This document shows, one piece after another, positions 15,513 through 26,466 of a stretch of DNA of 64,000 nucleotides. Within the stretch, counting starts at the first letter, position 1. Each line of letters opens with the position of its first letter. Under the pieces are notes generated by a model that was given only the letters and a program-made list of their open reading frames with translations, was not told the origin of the DNA and ran no database searches. This stretch comes from Candidatus Falkowbacteria bacterium (GTDB lineage: Bacteria; Patescibacteriota; Patescibacteriia; Patescibacteriales; WJLG01), in contig CAVVFV010000008.1 in NCBI GenBank assembly GCA_963747695.1, forward strand, positions 267,592-331,591, written 5' to 3'. The translations under genes and the position numbers were made by a program.

Positions 15513-16577
15513 TTATTGATGAGGAAAGATACTGAAGAAACCTTTTTTTTCCGCTTTCGCAATTTTCTTTTCCGGCCGTAGCGATACTGGTTTGATTTTT
15601 GTCGGAGGAACCGGCTTTTTTTCCGGTTTGGCAGGCGCCACAGCCGGCTTGGGGACCTCGACGGAAATTTTGATCCGGCTCTTTTTTTCCAGCGCCACGA
15701 TAATTTCCGTCTTGATTTTTTCCGCCTCTTTCTCCATCGATGATCCTTTGGGAGGTTTGAGTATTGCCTCCTCGATCAGCAAATAGGTAGCGCCGGAATT
15801 GATCGCCGCGGTGGGACTTATCGCCACAGAACTGTTCAGCGGGGCTTTAGGATCGACGCCGCTGACCAGCTTTTTGACATGGTCATAGATGCTCCGATGA
15901 TAACGGGTTAACTTATTCGGAGCGCAGATCACGCCATCCACGCCGCCCTTTTCGACGATATAGTCATAAGATCTCATCCGGTCATCGTAGTTGCCGATCG
16001 CCGGTCCGGAAGTGCTATGCGTAAATCGATTGGGAACGGTCACGGCAAAGATCAAAGGGCGGATGATCGGCTCACTGATCGACCTTTTGGCCAGCCTTTC
16101 GCGCACGGCTTTTAATCCGTCGTCCTCCGCATTTTCTTCGATTTTTTTCGCCGTATCCTTCGCCGGTACCGCGATTGACTCCGTTTTCGTTTCCGGCACA
16201 GGCACATCCCAGGTTTCCCGGAAGGGTTGGGAATCTTTGTTCATCGCCTTGACGAATTTTTTAATCGATTCGATTCCTGAACTGCACTGGACACTGACCA
16301 TGCTCGCCCGACTTTTCCGGAGCAGGGTTCCCATCCGTTCCGCGTCGAGAAGTTCCAGGTTAAGGTTAAGATCAAGGAATGTTTTGGTCTGCAAATCCTG
16401 GCCGGCCATTAAGATTGAAAAGTAGGCGGTCAGGCAAGTCGTCGGGCCGAAGTAAAACCCCCCGACGACAGGGGAGAGTAACTTCATAATCGGATGCGCA
16501 TCGAGAAAAGACTCAAAACTGGACAGATCGACGATAATGACGCCTCTACCTTGTTGTTTCAGAGTGGCTTCATCCAT
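15513..16577 (-). CDS. hypothetical protein with Lys/Pro-rich C-terminal tail; weak OMP-decarboxylase-like (ribulose-phosphate-binding barrel) resemblance
   Basis: Start moved to ATG 16577 (MDEATLKQ), which has AAGGA 8 nt upstream. GVDGVICAPNKL...SPTAAINSGATYLLIEEAIL recalls the PyrF-type barrel C-terminus. The tail is KPAVAPAKPEKKPVPPTKIKP. Function not established. Confidence 0.6.
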   Translation of the reverse strand: MDEATLKQQGRGVIIVDLSSFESFLDAHPIMKLLSPVVGGFYFGPTTCLTAYFSILMAGQDLQTKTFLDLNLNLELLDAERMGTLLRKSRASMVSVQCSSGIESIKKFVKAMNKDSQPFRETWDVPVPETKTESIAVPAKDTAKKIEENAEDDGLKAVRERLAKRSISEPIIRPLIFAVTVPNRFTHSTSGPAIGNYDDRMRSYDYIVEKGGVDGVICAPNKLTRYHRSIYDHVKKLVSGVDPKAPLNSSVAISPTAAINSGATYLLIEEAILKPPKGSSMEKEAEKIKTEIIVALEKKSRIKISVEVPKPAVAPAKPEKKPVPPTKIKPVSLRPEKKIAKAEKKGFFSIFPHQ

Positions 16578-16805
16578 GGCAATATCCTTTTTTGGGGTGT
16601 TTAAAGGGCATTCTAAGTTTCCACCTAAAATACCATAAATACTAAAATAAATCAATAGATAGTTGCGCTTAATGGGCTTAGCCCCAAAAATGTGTATCTA
16701 ACGGCCAAAAAGTGATATAATTTGATAGTTAGAAGCGATAATGCCGGCGATAAAATTAAACCATCAGCGCGGTGATTTTATCGTCAGATTAATCAATAAT
16801 AATTG

Positions 16806-19800
16806 ATGAAAAATAATTTCGGATCATTTTTGTTTTCTCGCGAACATAAATTTTTTAACAAAAAATTATTCTTCGTTGTCGCTGCCGCTATGATTTTATC
16901 CGGCGGCTTTTTTGTGGCTCCCGCTCAAGCTACTCCTCCCGGTCTCCCTTTAGGCTTTTATGGGACTGGTAACGCTCCGAATTCCGTAGTCGCGGCCGAT
17001 TTTAATAATGATACCTTTTCTGATTTTGCGGAGACAAATTACAGCGATGACGATGTTTCAGTCTTCATAAACGACCAAAATGGAATTTTTGCTTCCCGCG
17101 TAAATTATCCAGTCGGGGAACAGCCCTGGTCGGTGGTTGCCGCGGATTTCAATAAGGACGGAAAGATTGATTTAGCCACGGCAAATTTCGTGGGCAATAA
17201 TATTTCGGTGCTTATGGGGAATGGCGATGGCACTTTTGTTTCGGCGGTGGATTATCCTGTTCTCTACGCTCCCGATTCAATCATCACAGCAGATTTTAAC
17301 GGCGATGGCTATCCTGATCTGGCGGTCACCACTTATTCCAGCAATCAATTATACATTTTACTTAATAACGGCGATGGCACTTTTACGGTTTCGAATATTT
17401 ATGACACGGGCATTACTCCCTGGTATCTTGCCACGGGCGATTTTGACGGCGACGGCCACGCCGATCTGGCATTGATAAATCGCTCGGATGGCAGTTTTTC
17501 AATTTTTCTTGGCGCGGGCGACGGAACTTTCGGTCCGCCGATAACTTCTGATTTGGGAGAAGCCGGGAGAGGGATCTTTACTTATGATTTCAATGGCGAC
17601 GGTAAGGACGATTTGGCTATCGGCAGTTTTAATGACGGCTATATTTCAATTTATTTGAGTACTGGCAGCGGTAATTTCGCTTCGCCAATGGCTTACAGTG
17701 TCGGCTCGGGCAATCAGGCGATCGTCGGAGGAGATTTTAACAATGATGGATTCCTGGATTTGGCCACGGCTAATTGGAATGATAATGATATTTCCGTCAT
17801 CCTGGGTAGCGGCGGAGGAAATTTTGGCGACGCTACGAATTATTCAGTCACCGTTGATCCGGCAGCGATCACTGCGGCCGATTTTGATAACGACGGCCAG
17901 AAGGATTTAGTAGAGGTGAACCAGGACTCAAATACCGCCGATGTTTTTTTTAATACCGACGGTGTTTTTAACATTATCGGGCCGGCGCCGATCGTTTATC
18001 CGATTACCAATTGCCAAGACTTGCAGGACATTGATTCGCTGATCAATGATAATCCAGACGCTGCCTACGCAGATTTTGAAATCGTTACTTCTTCCCCGAC
18101 TATTGATTGCGGCGCGGTAAACGGCACCGGAATTTTTGCGCCGATCAGTAATTCTTTTTATGGCACTCTGAACGGCAATAACATTAAGATTACCAATTTT
18201 AATATCAGCGACGATAGCGATGTTAGTGTCGGACTGTTTGGCGATCTGGAAAGCGGCGCCACGATAGAAAATTTGACTTTGTCCGGCGGCGATGTTTCCT
18301 CAGCTAACGGGGGCAATATCGGCGTTCTGGCCGGCTATGCCTATGGCAATGTGACAATTCAAAATGTCACCAGCACGGTTTCCACTTTAACCGGAGATGA
18401 TGAATTGGCAGTCGGCGGCTTAATCGGATATTACGAAGATGATGATATCGGACCAGGACTTATTTTAAATAACGTTAAATTGTCGACGAATATTTCCGCC
18501 GAAAATAATGGACAAGATGTCGGCGGGCTGATCGGCGATTTTGAACTTGATGGAAGCTCGGCGGCTACCATAACAGGCTGCAATTTTTCCGGCAACATCG
18601 ACAGTGTTGGCAGCCAAATCACCGGAGGCTTGATCGGATATATTGGTTCTGTAGCTCAAGACGCAATTTCAATCGTTAATAGTTCGGTTAGCAGTGACAC
18701 ATTATCAGGTAGTGGCAATACCGGTGGGTTGATCGGAAGTTATTATTTTGAAGGTGATCCGAAATTAACGATCACTAAAAGTTATTTTTCCGGCGGTCAG
18801 GTTAGCGGCGTTTTCAATGTCGGTGGCTTACTGGGTTCTTTCGAGAATAATTCCCAGGATTATTCGCAAATCGACATCATTAGTCAAAGCTATTCCACCG
18901 GACAAATTTTCGGGAGCGACTTTGCCGTCGGCGGTTTAATCGGAGAATTGGTCGACGATGAACAATGTGGAACCGGCACTGATTGTCCCGGCGGATTGAT
19001 AATTTCAAAAAGCTATTACAAAGGTTACAACATCACCGGCCTAAATGGTTACGTGGGCGGATTGGTGGGGCGAATGGCGGATGGAAATTTTTCCATTGCC
19101 GACTCTTATTCCTCGGGCGTGATTGCCAGTGCTGGTGATGATACCGGCGGTTTGGTAGGCGACATGCAAAGCTATATGCCGATTATGTCGATTGACCGAT
19201 CTTATGCCTCTGGCACGGTTTGGGGTGACGATAATTATAACGGTGGACTCGTGGGCTATTTGGAAAACGACAGTACCTTAACTAACTCTTTCAGCACGAG
19301 CGATGCTAATCACGGCACCAATACTGTTGGCGGGTTAGTCGGCTATGCCGATAATGAGAATAATCTGGTCAACGATTATTGGTTTGATTCTCAGGACAAT
19401 GGAACGGGTGATGGATTGGAAAACAGCATCGCCGGCCATTTTGTCAAAGCTGATTCGGCCGAGTCTTTCCAAAATAACAGCACTACTCCGCCGCTTAATC
19501 AGTGGAATTTTTCCGATCCTAATCCGATTTGGCTATCTCAAGCAGCGGATTACCCTGCCTTTAACCCCGATTATGTTTCCACCACCACTGTCCATACACT
19601 CAATTATTCCGCTGGTACCGGTGGATCAATAGCCGGTGGTTCGGGGCAATATGTTTTCGCCGGCGCCGACGGAGCGGCCGTGACCGCCGTGCCTAATTCG
19701 GGTTATGAATTCGTTAATTGGGACGATGATTCGACGGATAACCCCAGAACCGACACTAATGTTACCGATGATATTTCGGTCACCGCCAATTTTTCCTTCG

Positions 19801-22800
19801 TTCAGCAAATCACCAGCTGCCAAGATTTGCAGGACATTGATTCGCTGATCAATGATAATCCGGACGCTGCCTACGGAGATTTCGAAATCGCCACTGATAC
19901 TATTATCGATTGCAGTGATGTTAATGGAACGGGAGTTTTTGCGCCGATAATGAACCAGTTCTACGGTACGCTGAACGGCAACGGCGTTAAGATCACCAAT
20001 TTTAATATCAGCGATGATAGCTATGGAAATGTCGGCCTGTTTGCGAATCTGGAAAGCGGCGCGACCATCAAGAATTTAAGCTTGTCTGGCGATGCGATTT
20101 CTTCCGGTTCTGGCGGCAATGATGGAATTTTGGCTGGATATGCCAATGGCAATATAACCATTGAAAATGTTACCAGCACCGTTTCCGATTTATCAGCAGA
20201 TTATGCTTACGAGGCTGGAGGGCTGATCGGATTCTATGAAGATGATGGCGGATCAACCCTGATTATCAGCAACGTTCACTTGTCTACTGCCATTTCCTCC
20301 ATTGTTAATAACGATCAAGACGTTGGCGGGCTGATCGGTTATATTGAAAGCTCTGGCGATGGAGAATATTCTATTACGGACAGCGATTTTTCCGGCAGCA
20401 TCAGCGCCGCTGGCAGCGAATCGGCCGGTGGTTTGATCGGCTGGGTCGAGGGCGATGGGAATGATAATTTTTCGATTGCCACCAGTTCCGCCAGCGGCGA
20501 GATTGAGGGAGGTGATGACGACGGTAATGCCGGCACCGGCGGCTTGATTGGCTATTATAATATGGAGGGAGATGCGGCATTAACAATCTCCCAAAGCCAT
20601 TATTCCGGCAGCCAGATCAGCGATGGCGACGGCGACAGCTACAATGATTCCGTGGGTGGTTTACTGGGAATTTTCGACAATGAGTCCAGTGATTATTCCC
20701 AGCCCAATATTATTGATCACAGTTATTCGAGCGGAAGTATCAATTCTTTCGGTGATAATAATTTTGTCGGCGGTTTGATCGGGCAATTATATAATTCGGG
20801 AAATTGCGGCGGTGATTGTTCCGGCAGCTTTGCCATAACCGACAGCTATTCCAGCGGCGATGTCACCGGCGATCCAAACGATTCGGACGGATTCGTGGGC
20901 GGCCTGGTCGGAGCAGTCGGGAGCAATTACATAAATGAAAATTTTTCCGTGGCCTCTTCTTCGGTGTTCGGCGCGGTCAGCGGCGGCTATGAAGTTGGCG
21001 GCTTGGTCGGATTTGCCTATGGCAGTGTCAGTCTGCAAAATATCACCAGCAGCGCTCCCACTGTATCCGGGGATAATGATTCCTATGGAATCGGCGGGTT
21101 GGTCGGAGAATATTATAATGATGATCCAGGAATCGGACTTAGTCTGGACGGCGTCCACGTTTCTTCGATTATTTCTGGAGATGATAGCGGCAACAGCCCT
21201 GATGTCGGCGGCCTGGTCGGTTATTTTTACAGCGATGGCGGCGCGGAAAATTCCATTAGCGGTGGCGGTTTTTCCGGCAGTATTAGCAATAATGCGGATG
21301 GCGATAGCACCGGCGGCGTGTTCGGCTATCTGGAAGCCGATAGCAATGAAAATATTTCGTTCAGCAATGTCAATGTCAGCGGTGACATATTATCAGGCAG
21401 TGCCGACACCGGCGGCCTGATCGGCTATTATTATTTTACCGGAGATCCTAAATTATCCATCCTTAACAGCCGTTTTTCCGGCAGCGAGATCAATGGCGGA
21501 ACCGATCTCGGCGGCCTATTGGGTTTTTTTGAAAATGGTTCCGCGGCATATTCGCAGATTGATGTCATCAGTCAGAGCTATTCGACCGGGGCGATAAATT
21601 CGAGTGGCTACAATGCCGGCGGCTTAATTGGCGAATTACAGGATGATGGATATTGCGGTACTGCCTGTTTAGGCGGTCTGATCATCTCGGAAAGTTATGC
21701 TTCGGGCGATGTTAATGCGGCCAGCGATTCGGCCGGCGGTCTGGTGGGAGGAATGCTTAGCGGAAATTTTTCCCTGGTAAATTCTTACGCCTCGGGTAAT
21801 GTCAGCGGCGGCAACTTTGTCGGCGGCTTAGTCGGCAATATGGCTCCGAATTTACCGGTAATGTCGGTTGTTCGATCGTATTTTTCCGGCTCGGTTACCG
21901 GAGACGGTTCTTATGTCGGCGGTTTGGTCGGATATTTGGAGGGATCGAGCGTTTTATCCAATTCTTTTAATGTCGGTGAAGTTAGCAACAGCGATATCGA
22001 TGGCGGCTTAGTTGGCAATGCGGACAACGAAAATAATCTCACCAATGATTATTGGTATAACTCCCTTGATAATGGCATTGGCAACGGCGCTGAAGATACG
22101 AGCGACGGACATTTCGTCAAAGCCGACTCGGCCGAGTCTTTTCAGGGTAACAGCGCTAATCCTCCGCTTGATCAATGGGATTTTTCCAGCGGCAACCCGA
22201 TCTGGTCGGTCCAAGCCGGGGAATACCCCGCCTTTAATCCCGACCATACTTCTTCCGCCACCGCTTATCTACTGCAATATTCTTCGGGCGGCAACGGCAC
22301 GATCAGCGGCAGCGCGAATCAATTTGCCATTTCCGCCTCTGACGGCACCCCGGTTACCGCCATACCGGACGATGGTTATGTTTTCGTGAATTGGAGCGAT
22401 AACTCGACAGCCAATCCCAGAACGGACACCGCCGTGAGCGGCGATATTTCCGTCACCGCCAATTTTTATTTTGATCCTTTCCAGGAGATTACTACCTGTC
22501 AGGAATTGCAAGATATCGATTCGCAGATCAACGATAATATGGACGCCGCTTTTGATTATTATCAGATTGCCACTTCTTCCACTCTTGATTGCAGCACGGT
22601 AAATGGTACAGGAATTTTTGCCCCGATCAATAATACTTTTTACGGCACGCTGGATGGCAACGGCGCGAAGATCATCAATCTTAATTTTGCCGATGACGAC
22701 AGCGCCAGCGTCGGGATCTTCAGCGATCTGGGCGACGGAGCCGCGGTAAAGAACATCAGCTTGTCCGGCGTTTCTCAATCGGTTAATGCCACCTATATCG

Positions 22801-25800
22801 GCGCCATTGCCGGAGTGGCCACCGGTAATATCACCATCCAAAATGTTACCAGCACGGTTTCTAATTTGACCGGCGAAGAAGTCGGCGGTTTGATCGGCGA
22901 TTATGAATATAATACCGAAGAATCGGATTCCGGGGCGGGATTTTCAATGGATAACGTCCACGTTTCTTCGGATATTTTAGTCGATGGCAGCGACGCCGGA
23001 GGTTTGATCGGCGATTTTGATAGCGCCGGAACAGTCCAGCATTCCATCACGAATAGCGGTTTTTCGGGGAATTTCAGCGGTAGCAACGGTTCTTACGTCG
23101 GCGGTCTCATCGCTGTAATTTCGAGTGACTACCAAGATAATTTTCTGATTGATAATTGTTCCTCGACCGGTGACATATTGGCACCGAGTTATCAGGCGGG
23201 CGGTTTGATCGGCGGTTTTTACACCGGCGATGATTCCCAATTGACGATTTCGCACAGCCATTTTTCGGGAAGCGAGATCGATGGCGCCGGTCCAACCGGC
23301 GGCATATTGGGCTATGCCGAAAATGATTCCTCTAATCCGACCAGGATCAGCGTCATCAGCCAGAGTTATTCCCAAGGAACCATAAATTCCACTGCCGGCG
23401 ACGCGGGCGGATTGATTGGTGAAATAGTTGGCTCAGTCAACTGCGGCGATTCCTGCATAAGCGGTTTTGTCATTTCGAATAGTTATTCCTCGGCCGACGT
23501 CAACGCGGTTGATAGCGATCTGGCCGGCGGTTTGGTCGGCGAAATGAATGGTCCGAATGCGGCAATTATGAATTCATATGCCTCGGGCAATGTTACCGGC
23601 GGTAGCTACATCGGCGGTTTGGTGGGCGATATGTATCAGACTTTACCGGTGATGTCGGTTAACCGGTCATATTTTTCCGGATCAGTGACGGGCGACGGCA
23701 GTTTTGTCGGCGGCCTGGTCGGCGATTTGGAAGGCACGAGCGTCCTGGCTAATTCTTTCAATGTCGGAGAAATTAGCAGTAGCGGCATACCCGGAGCTTT
23801 AGCAGGCAGCGCTGATGACGAAAATAATCTTATCAATGATTATTGGTTCGATTCTTTGGCTAACGGCGTCGGCAATGGCGCCGAAGACACCAGCCCCGGC
23901 CATTTTATCAAAGTCGATTCGGCTGATTCTTTTCAGAATAACGACACTAATCCGCCGCTTGATAAATGGAATTTCTCCGGACTAAATCCGAATTGGGTTT
24001 CAGCCGACGGGCTTTATCCCGCTCTCAACCCCGACCATAATTCCAACACCAGCGTTTACGTTCTTCAATATTCCGCCGGCTCTAACGGATCAATAACCGG
24101 CGCTGCCACCCAATTTGTTTTATCCGGAACCGATGGAATCGCCGTTACGGCCGTGCCCGATGATGGTTATCGTTTTGTGAACTGGAGCGATGATTCAACT
24201 GATAATCCCCGGACTGACACTAATGTCACTCAAGATATCTCGGTTACCGCTAATTTTGAACTTAATTCAGTTATTCAATATACTTTAACCTACACCGCCG
24301 GAGATAACGGTTCGATCGATGGCGATTCGCCCCAAACGGTGGATTCGGGGGCTGACGGTACGCCGGTCACCGCTGCACCGGCTGACGGTTATCATTTTGT
24401 GAATTGGAGCGATGATTCAACTGATAATCCCCGGGCTGATCTGGCTGTTACTCATGACATTTCGGTTACCGCCAATTTCTCGGCTAACGCAGTGACTCAA
24501 TATACTTTAACCTACAGTGCCGGCGATAACGGTTCGATCGATGGCGACTCGCCGCAGACCGTGGATTCCGGTTCGAATGGCACGGCCGTGACCGCGGTGC
24601 CGGCTACCGGTTATCATTTTGTCGATTGGAGCGATGCCTCGACCACCAATCCGCGGACTGATTATAACGTTACCCAAGATATTTCCGTCACCGCTAATTT
24701 TGCCATCGATACTTACACACTGACCTATACGGCCGGCGCCAACGGTTCGATTGACGGTGATTCGCCGCAGACGGTAGCTTACGGCGCTGATGGCACCGCG
24801 GTCATTCCTACTGCCGACGATGGTTATCATTTTGTAAACTGGAGTGATAATTCGACCGATAATCCTCGAACTGACACCGGAATCACCGGAGATATTTCGG
24901 TTACCGCTAATTTTGCCGCCGACTTGGCCGGTCAATTTACTTTGGCTTATGCCGCCGGAGCCAATGGCTCCCTTACCGGCAGTTCGACTCAAATAGTTAA
25001 TTCCGGCGCCGACGGAACAGCGGTAACCGCCGAACCGGATAGCGGCTATCATTTTGTGAATTGGAGCGACAACTCGACCGATAATCCTCGAACTGATCTG
25101 GCAGTGGGGGGAGATATTTTCGTTACGGCTAATTTCGCGGCTAATCCAGCCACCCAATATACTTTGACTTATTTTGCCGGGGCTCACGGCTCGATAACGG
25201 GAAGCTCAACGCAGATTGTCGCTCCCAGTTCCAACGGAACAGCCGTAACTGCTGAACCGGATAGTGGTTATCATTTTGTCGATTGGAGCGATGCCTCGAC
25301 CACCAATCCGCGGACTGATTACAATATCATTCAAGATATTTCCGTTACCGCCAACTTCGCGGCTAATCCGGTTACTCAATATACCTTAACTTACTCAGCC
25401 GGAGCGCACGGTACAATCACGGGTAGCAGTCCTCAAAACGTGAATTCCGGTTCAGATGGTACGGCGGTCACGGCTGTGCCGAATTCCGGCTATCGATTTG
25501 TCAATTGGAGCGATAATTCTACGGTTAATCCGAGAACCGATCGAAATGTTTCCGGCGATATTTCAGTTACTGCGACTTTTGAAATTATTCCCGCTCAATC
25601 TGGCGGCGGCGGAGGCGGCAGTGCACCAATTTCCATCCCGGCTTGTTCGGCGGTCGTCTACGGTAATTGGGGAAGCTGCGTCAACGGCCTTCAATATCGG
25701 GATATTTTAAGCCAGTCTTCGGCCAACTGCCCGTTAACACCCGCCCAGCAGGCAGCCCGATCAATGGTTTGCGGCATTGTTCCGACTACCCCGATCGTTA

Positions 25801-26444
25801 CTTCGACAATCCCGACAATTCCGCTAGCCCCGATTATTCCCAGCCCGCCGCCAACTATTTTGGAAGTCATTGCCAATGAAGCAGGGATCATCAGCGCCGA
25901 GAATCTCCAGAACCTCTTGGCTTATTTAGGGAAAACAGCTGACCCGGCAGGGGAGCAGGCCAGTCTCTTAAAATACCAAATTATTCTGGGCTTAGACAAA
26001 ACGCTCACTGACGCCGGAAAAATGGCCGTCAATGATTTTATCGTTTATGGCACTCCCGCCACTTATCGCTTGGGTTCGGGCGAACGGGCCGGCGTGATCA
26101 ATTCCTATTTCCAGGCTTATGGCAAGCTGCCCAGTTCGGAATCAGACTGGTCAGATGTGATCAAGATCGCCAACGGCCGCTGGCCGAGCGAGCGCAATGC
26201 AGCCGCGGAGGATCAGGCCAAGCTGGAATTCAGGAAAGTTTATGGCCGCTATCCGGTGCTTTCCAATACTTATGATCAAAACGCCGTCATAGTTATCGCC
26301 TATGGCTTGATACCGTCGCAGCGCCGTTTATCGAGTGAAGCGGTGGCCATTAAAATTTTTGGCCTTCATTATGGGCATGCCCCGGCCGATGCTTTAGCTT
26401 GGAACGTTGTCCGCGCCATCGCTTATTCCGGCGCAATCAGATAA
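16806..26444 (+). CDS. giant surface protein: signal/TM, FG-GAP/VCBS propeller, three GLUG-motif modules, nine InlB-B/Listeria-Bacteroides-type repeats, conserved C-terminal domain
   Basis: One 9.6-kb ORF. It has about 8 repeats of the type DFNxDGxxDLA...GDGTF (FG-GAP), dozens of VGGLIG/TGGLIG units (GLUG motif), and repeats YTLTYSAG..GSI.G...Q.V..G..GT.VTA.P..GYHFV.WSD.ST.NPRTD..V..DISVTANF. ATG 16806 is preferred to TTG 16803. Confidence 0.9.
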   Translation: MKNNFGSFLFSREHKFFNKKLFFVVAAAMILSGGFFVAPAQATPPGLPLGFYGTGNAPNSVVAADFNNDTFSDFAETNYSDDDVSVFINDQNGIFASRVNYPVGEQPWSVVAADFNKDGKIDLATANFVGNNISVLMGNGDGTFVSAVDYPVLYAPDSIITADFNGDGYPDLAVTTYSSNQLYILLNNGDGTFTVSNIYDTGITPWYLATGDFDGDGHADLALINRSDGSFSIFLGAGDGTFGPPITSDLGEAGRGIFTYDFNGDGKDDLAIGSFNDGYISIYLSTGSGNFASPMAYSVGSGNQAIVGGDFNNDGFLDLATANWNDNDISVILGSGGGNFGDATNYSVTVDPAAITAADFDNDGQKDLVEVNQDSNTADVFFNTDGVFNIIGPAPIVYPITNCQDLQDIDSLINDNPDAAYADFEIVTSSPTIDCGAVNGTGIFAPISNSFYGTLNGNNIKITNFNISDDSDVSVGLFGDLESGATIENLTLSGGDVSSANGGNIGVLAGYAYGNVTIQNVTSTVSTLTGDDELAVGGLIGYYEDDDIGPGLILNNVKLSTNISAENNGQDVGGLIGDFELDGSSAATITGCNFSGNIDSVGSQITGGLIGYIGSVAQDAISIVNSSVSSDTLSGSGNTGGLIGSYYFEGDPKLTITKSYFSGGQVSGVFNVGGLLGSFENNSQDYSQIDIISQSYSTGQIFGSDFAVGGLIGELVDDEQCGTGTDCPGGLIISKSYYKGYNITGLNGYVGGLVGRMADGNFSIADSYSSGVIASAGDDTGGLVGDMQSYMPIMSIDRSYASGTVWGDDNYNGGLVGYLENDSTLTNSFSTSDANHGTNTVGGLVGYADNENNLVNDYWFDSQDNGTGDGLENSIAGHFVKADSAESFQNNSTTPPLNQWNFSDPNPIWLSQAADYPAFNPDYVSTTTVHTLNYSAGTGGSIAGGSGQYVFAGADGAAVTAVPNSGYEFVNWDDDSTDNPRTDTNVTDDISVTANFSFVQQITSCQDLQDIDSLINDNPDAAYGDFEIATDTIIDCSDVNGTGVFAPIMNQFYGTLNGNGVKITNFNISDDSYGNVGLFANLESGATIKNLSLSGDAISSGSGGNDGILAGYANGNITIENVTSTVSDLSADYAYEAGGLIGFYEDDGGSTLIISNVHLSTAISSIVNNDQDVGGLIGYIESSGDGEYSITDSDFSGSISAAGSESAGGLIGWVEGDGNDNFSIATSSASGEIEGGDDDGNAGTGGLIGYYNMEGDAALTISQSHYSGSQISDGDGDSYNDSVGGLLGIFDNESSDYSQPNIIDHSYSSGSINSFGDNNFVGGLIGQLYNSGNCGGDCSGSFAITDSYSSGDVTGDPNDSDGFVGGLVGAVGSNYINENFSVASSSVFGAVSGGYEVGGLVGFAYGSVSLQNITSSAPTVSGDNDSYGIGGLVGEYYNDDPGIGLSLDGVHVSSIISGDDSGNSPDVGGLVGYFYSDGGAENSISGGGFSGSISNNADGDSTGGVFGYLEADSNENISFSNVNVSGDILSGSADTGGLIGYYYFTGDPKLSILNSRFSGSEINGGTDLGGLLGFFENGSAAYSQIDVISQSYSTGAINSSGYNAGGLIGELQDDGYCGTACLGGLIISESYASGDVNAASDSAGGLVGGMLSGNFSLVNSYASGNVSGGNFVGGLVGNMAPNLPVMSVVRSYFSGSVTGDGSYVGGLVGYLEGSSVLSNSFNVGEVSNSDIDGGLVGNADNENNLTNDYWYNSLDNGIGNGAEDTSDGHFVKADSAESFQGNSANPPLDQWDFSSGNPIWSVQAGEYPAFNPDHTSSATAYLLQYSSGGNGTISGSANQFAISASDGTPVTAIPDDGYVFVNWSDNSTANPRTDTAVSGDISVTANFYFDPFQEITTCQELQDIDSQINDNMDAAFDYYQIATSSTLDCSTVNGTGIFAPINNTFYGTLDGNGAKIINLNFADDDSASVGIFSDLGDGAAVKNISLSGVSQSVNATYIGAIAGVATGNITIQNVTSTVSNLTGEEVGGLIGDYEYNTEESDSGAGFSMDNVHVSSDILVDGSDAGGLIGDFDSAGTVQHSITNSGFSGNFSGSNGSYVGGLIAVISSDYQDNFLIDNCSSTGDILAPSYQAGGLIGGFYTGDDSQLTISHSHFSGSEIDGAGPTGGILGYAENDSSNPTRISVISQSYSQGTINSTAGDAGGLIGEIVGSVNCGDSCISGFVISNSYSSADVNAVDSDLAGGLVGEMNGPNAAIMNSYASGNVTGGSYIGGLVGDMYQTLPVMSVNRSYFSGSVTGDGSFVGGLVGDLEGTSVLANSFNVGEISSSGIPGALAGSADDENNLINDYWFDSLANGVGNGAEDTSPGHFIKVDSADSFQNNDTNPPLDKWNFSGLNPNWVSADGLYPALNPDHNSNTSVYVLQYSAGSNGSITGAATQFVLSGTDGIAVTAVPDDGYRFVNWSDDSTDNPRTDTNVTQDISVTANFELNSVIQYTLTYTAGDNGSIDGDSPQTVDSGADGTPVTAAPADGYHFVNWSDDSTDNPRADLAVTHDISVTANFSANAVTQYTLTYSAGDNGSIDGDSPQTVDSGSNGTAVTAVPATGYHFVDWSDASTTNPRTDYNVTQDISVTANFAIDTYTLTYTAGANGSIDGDSPQTVAYGADGTAVIPTADDGYHFVNWSDNSTDNPRTDTGITGDISVTANFAADLAGQFTLAYAAGANGSLTGSSTQIVNSGADGTAVTAEPDSGYHFVNWSDNSTDNPRTDLAVGGDIFVTANFAANPATQYTLTYFAGAHGSITGSSTQIVAPSSNGTAVTAEPDSGYHFVDWSDASTTNPRTDYNIIQDISVTANFAANPVTQYTLTYSAGAHGTITGSSPQNVNSGSDGTAVTAVPNSGYRFVNWSDNSTVNPRTDRNVSGDISVTATFEIIPAQSGGGGGGSAPISIPACSAVVYGNWGSCVNGLQYRDILSQSSANCPLTPAQQAARSMVCGIVPTTPIVTSTIPTIPLAPIIPSPPPTILEVIANEAGIISAENLQNLLAYLGKTADPAGEQASLLKYQIILGLDKTLTDAGKMAVNDFIVYGTPATYRLGSGERAGVINSYFQAYGKLPSSESDWSDVIKIANGRWPSERNAAAEDQAKLEFRKVYGRYPVLSNTYDQNAVIVIAYGLIPSQRRLSSEAVAIKIFGLHYGHAPADALAWNVVRAIAYSGAIR

Positions 26445-26466
26445 TGATCAAGAAAAATAGAATATT

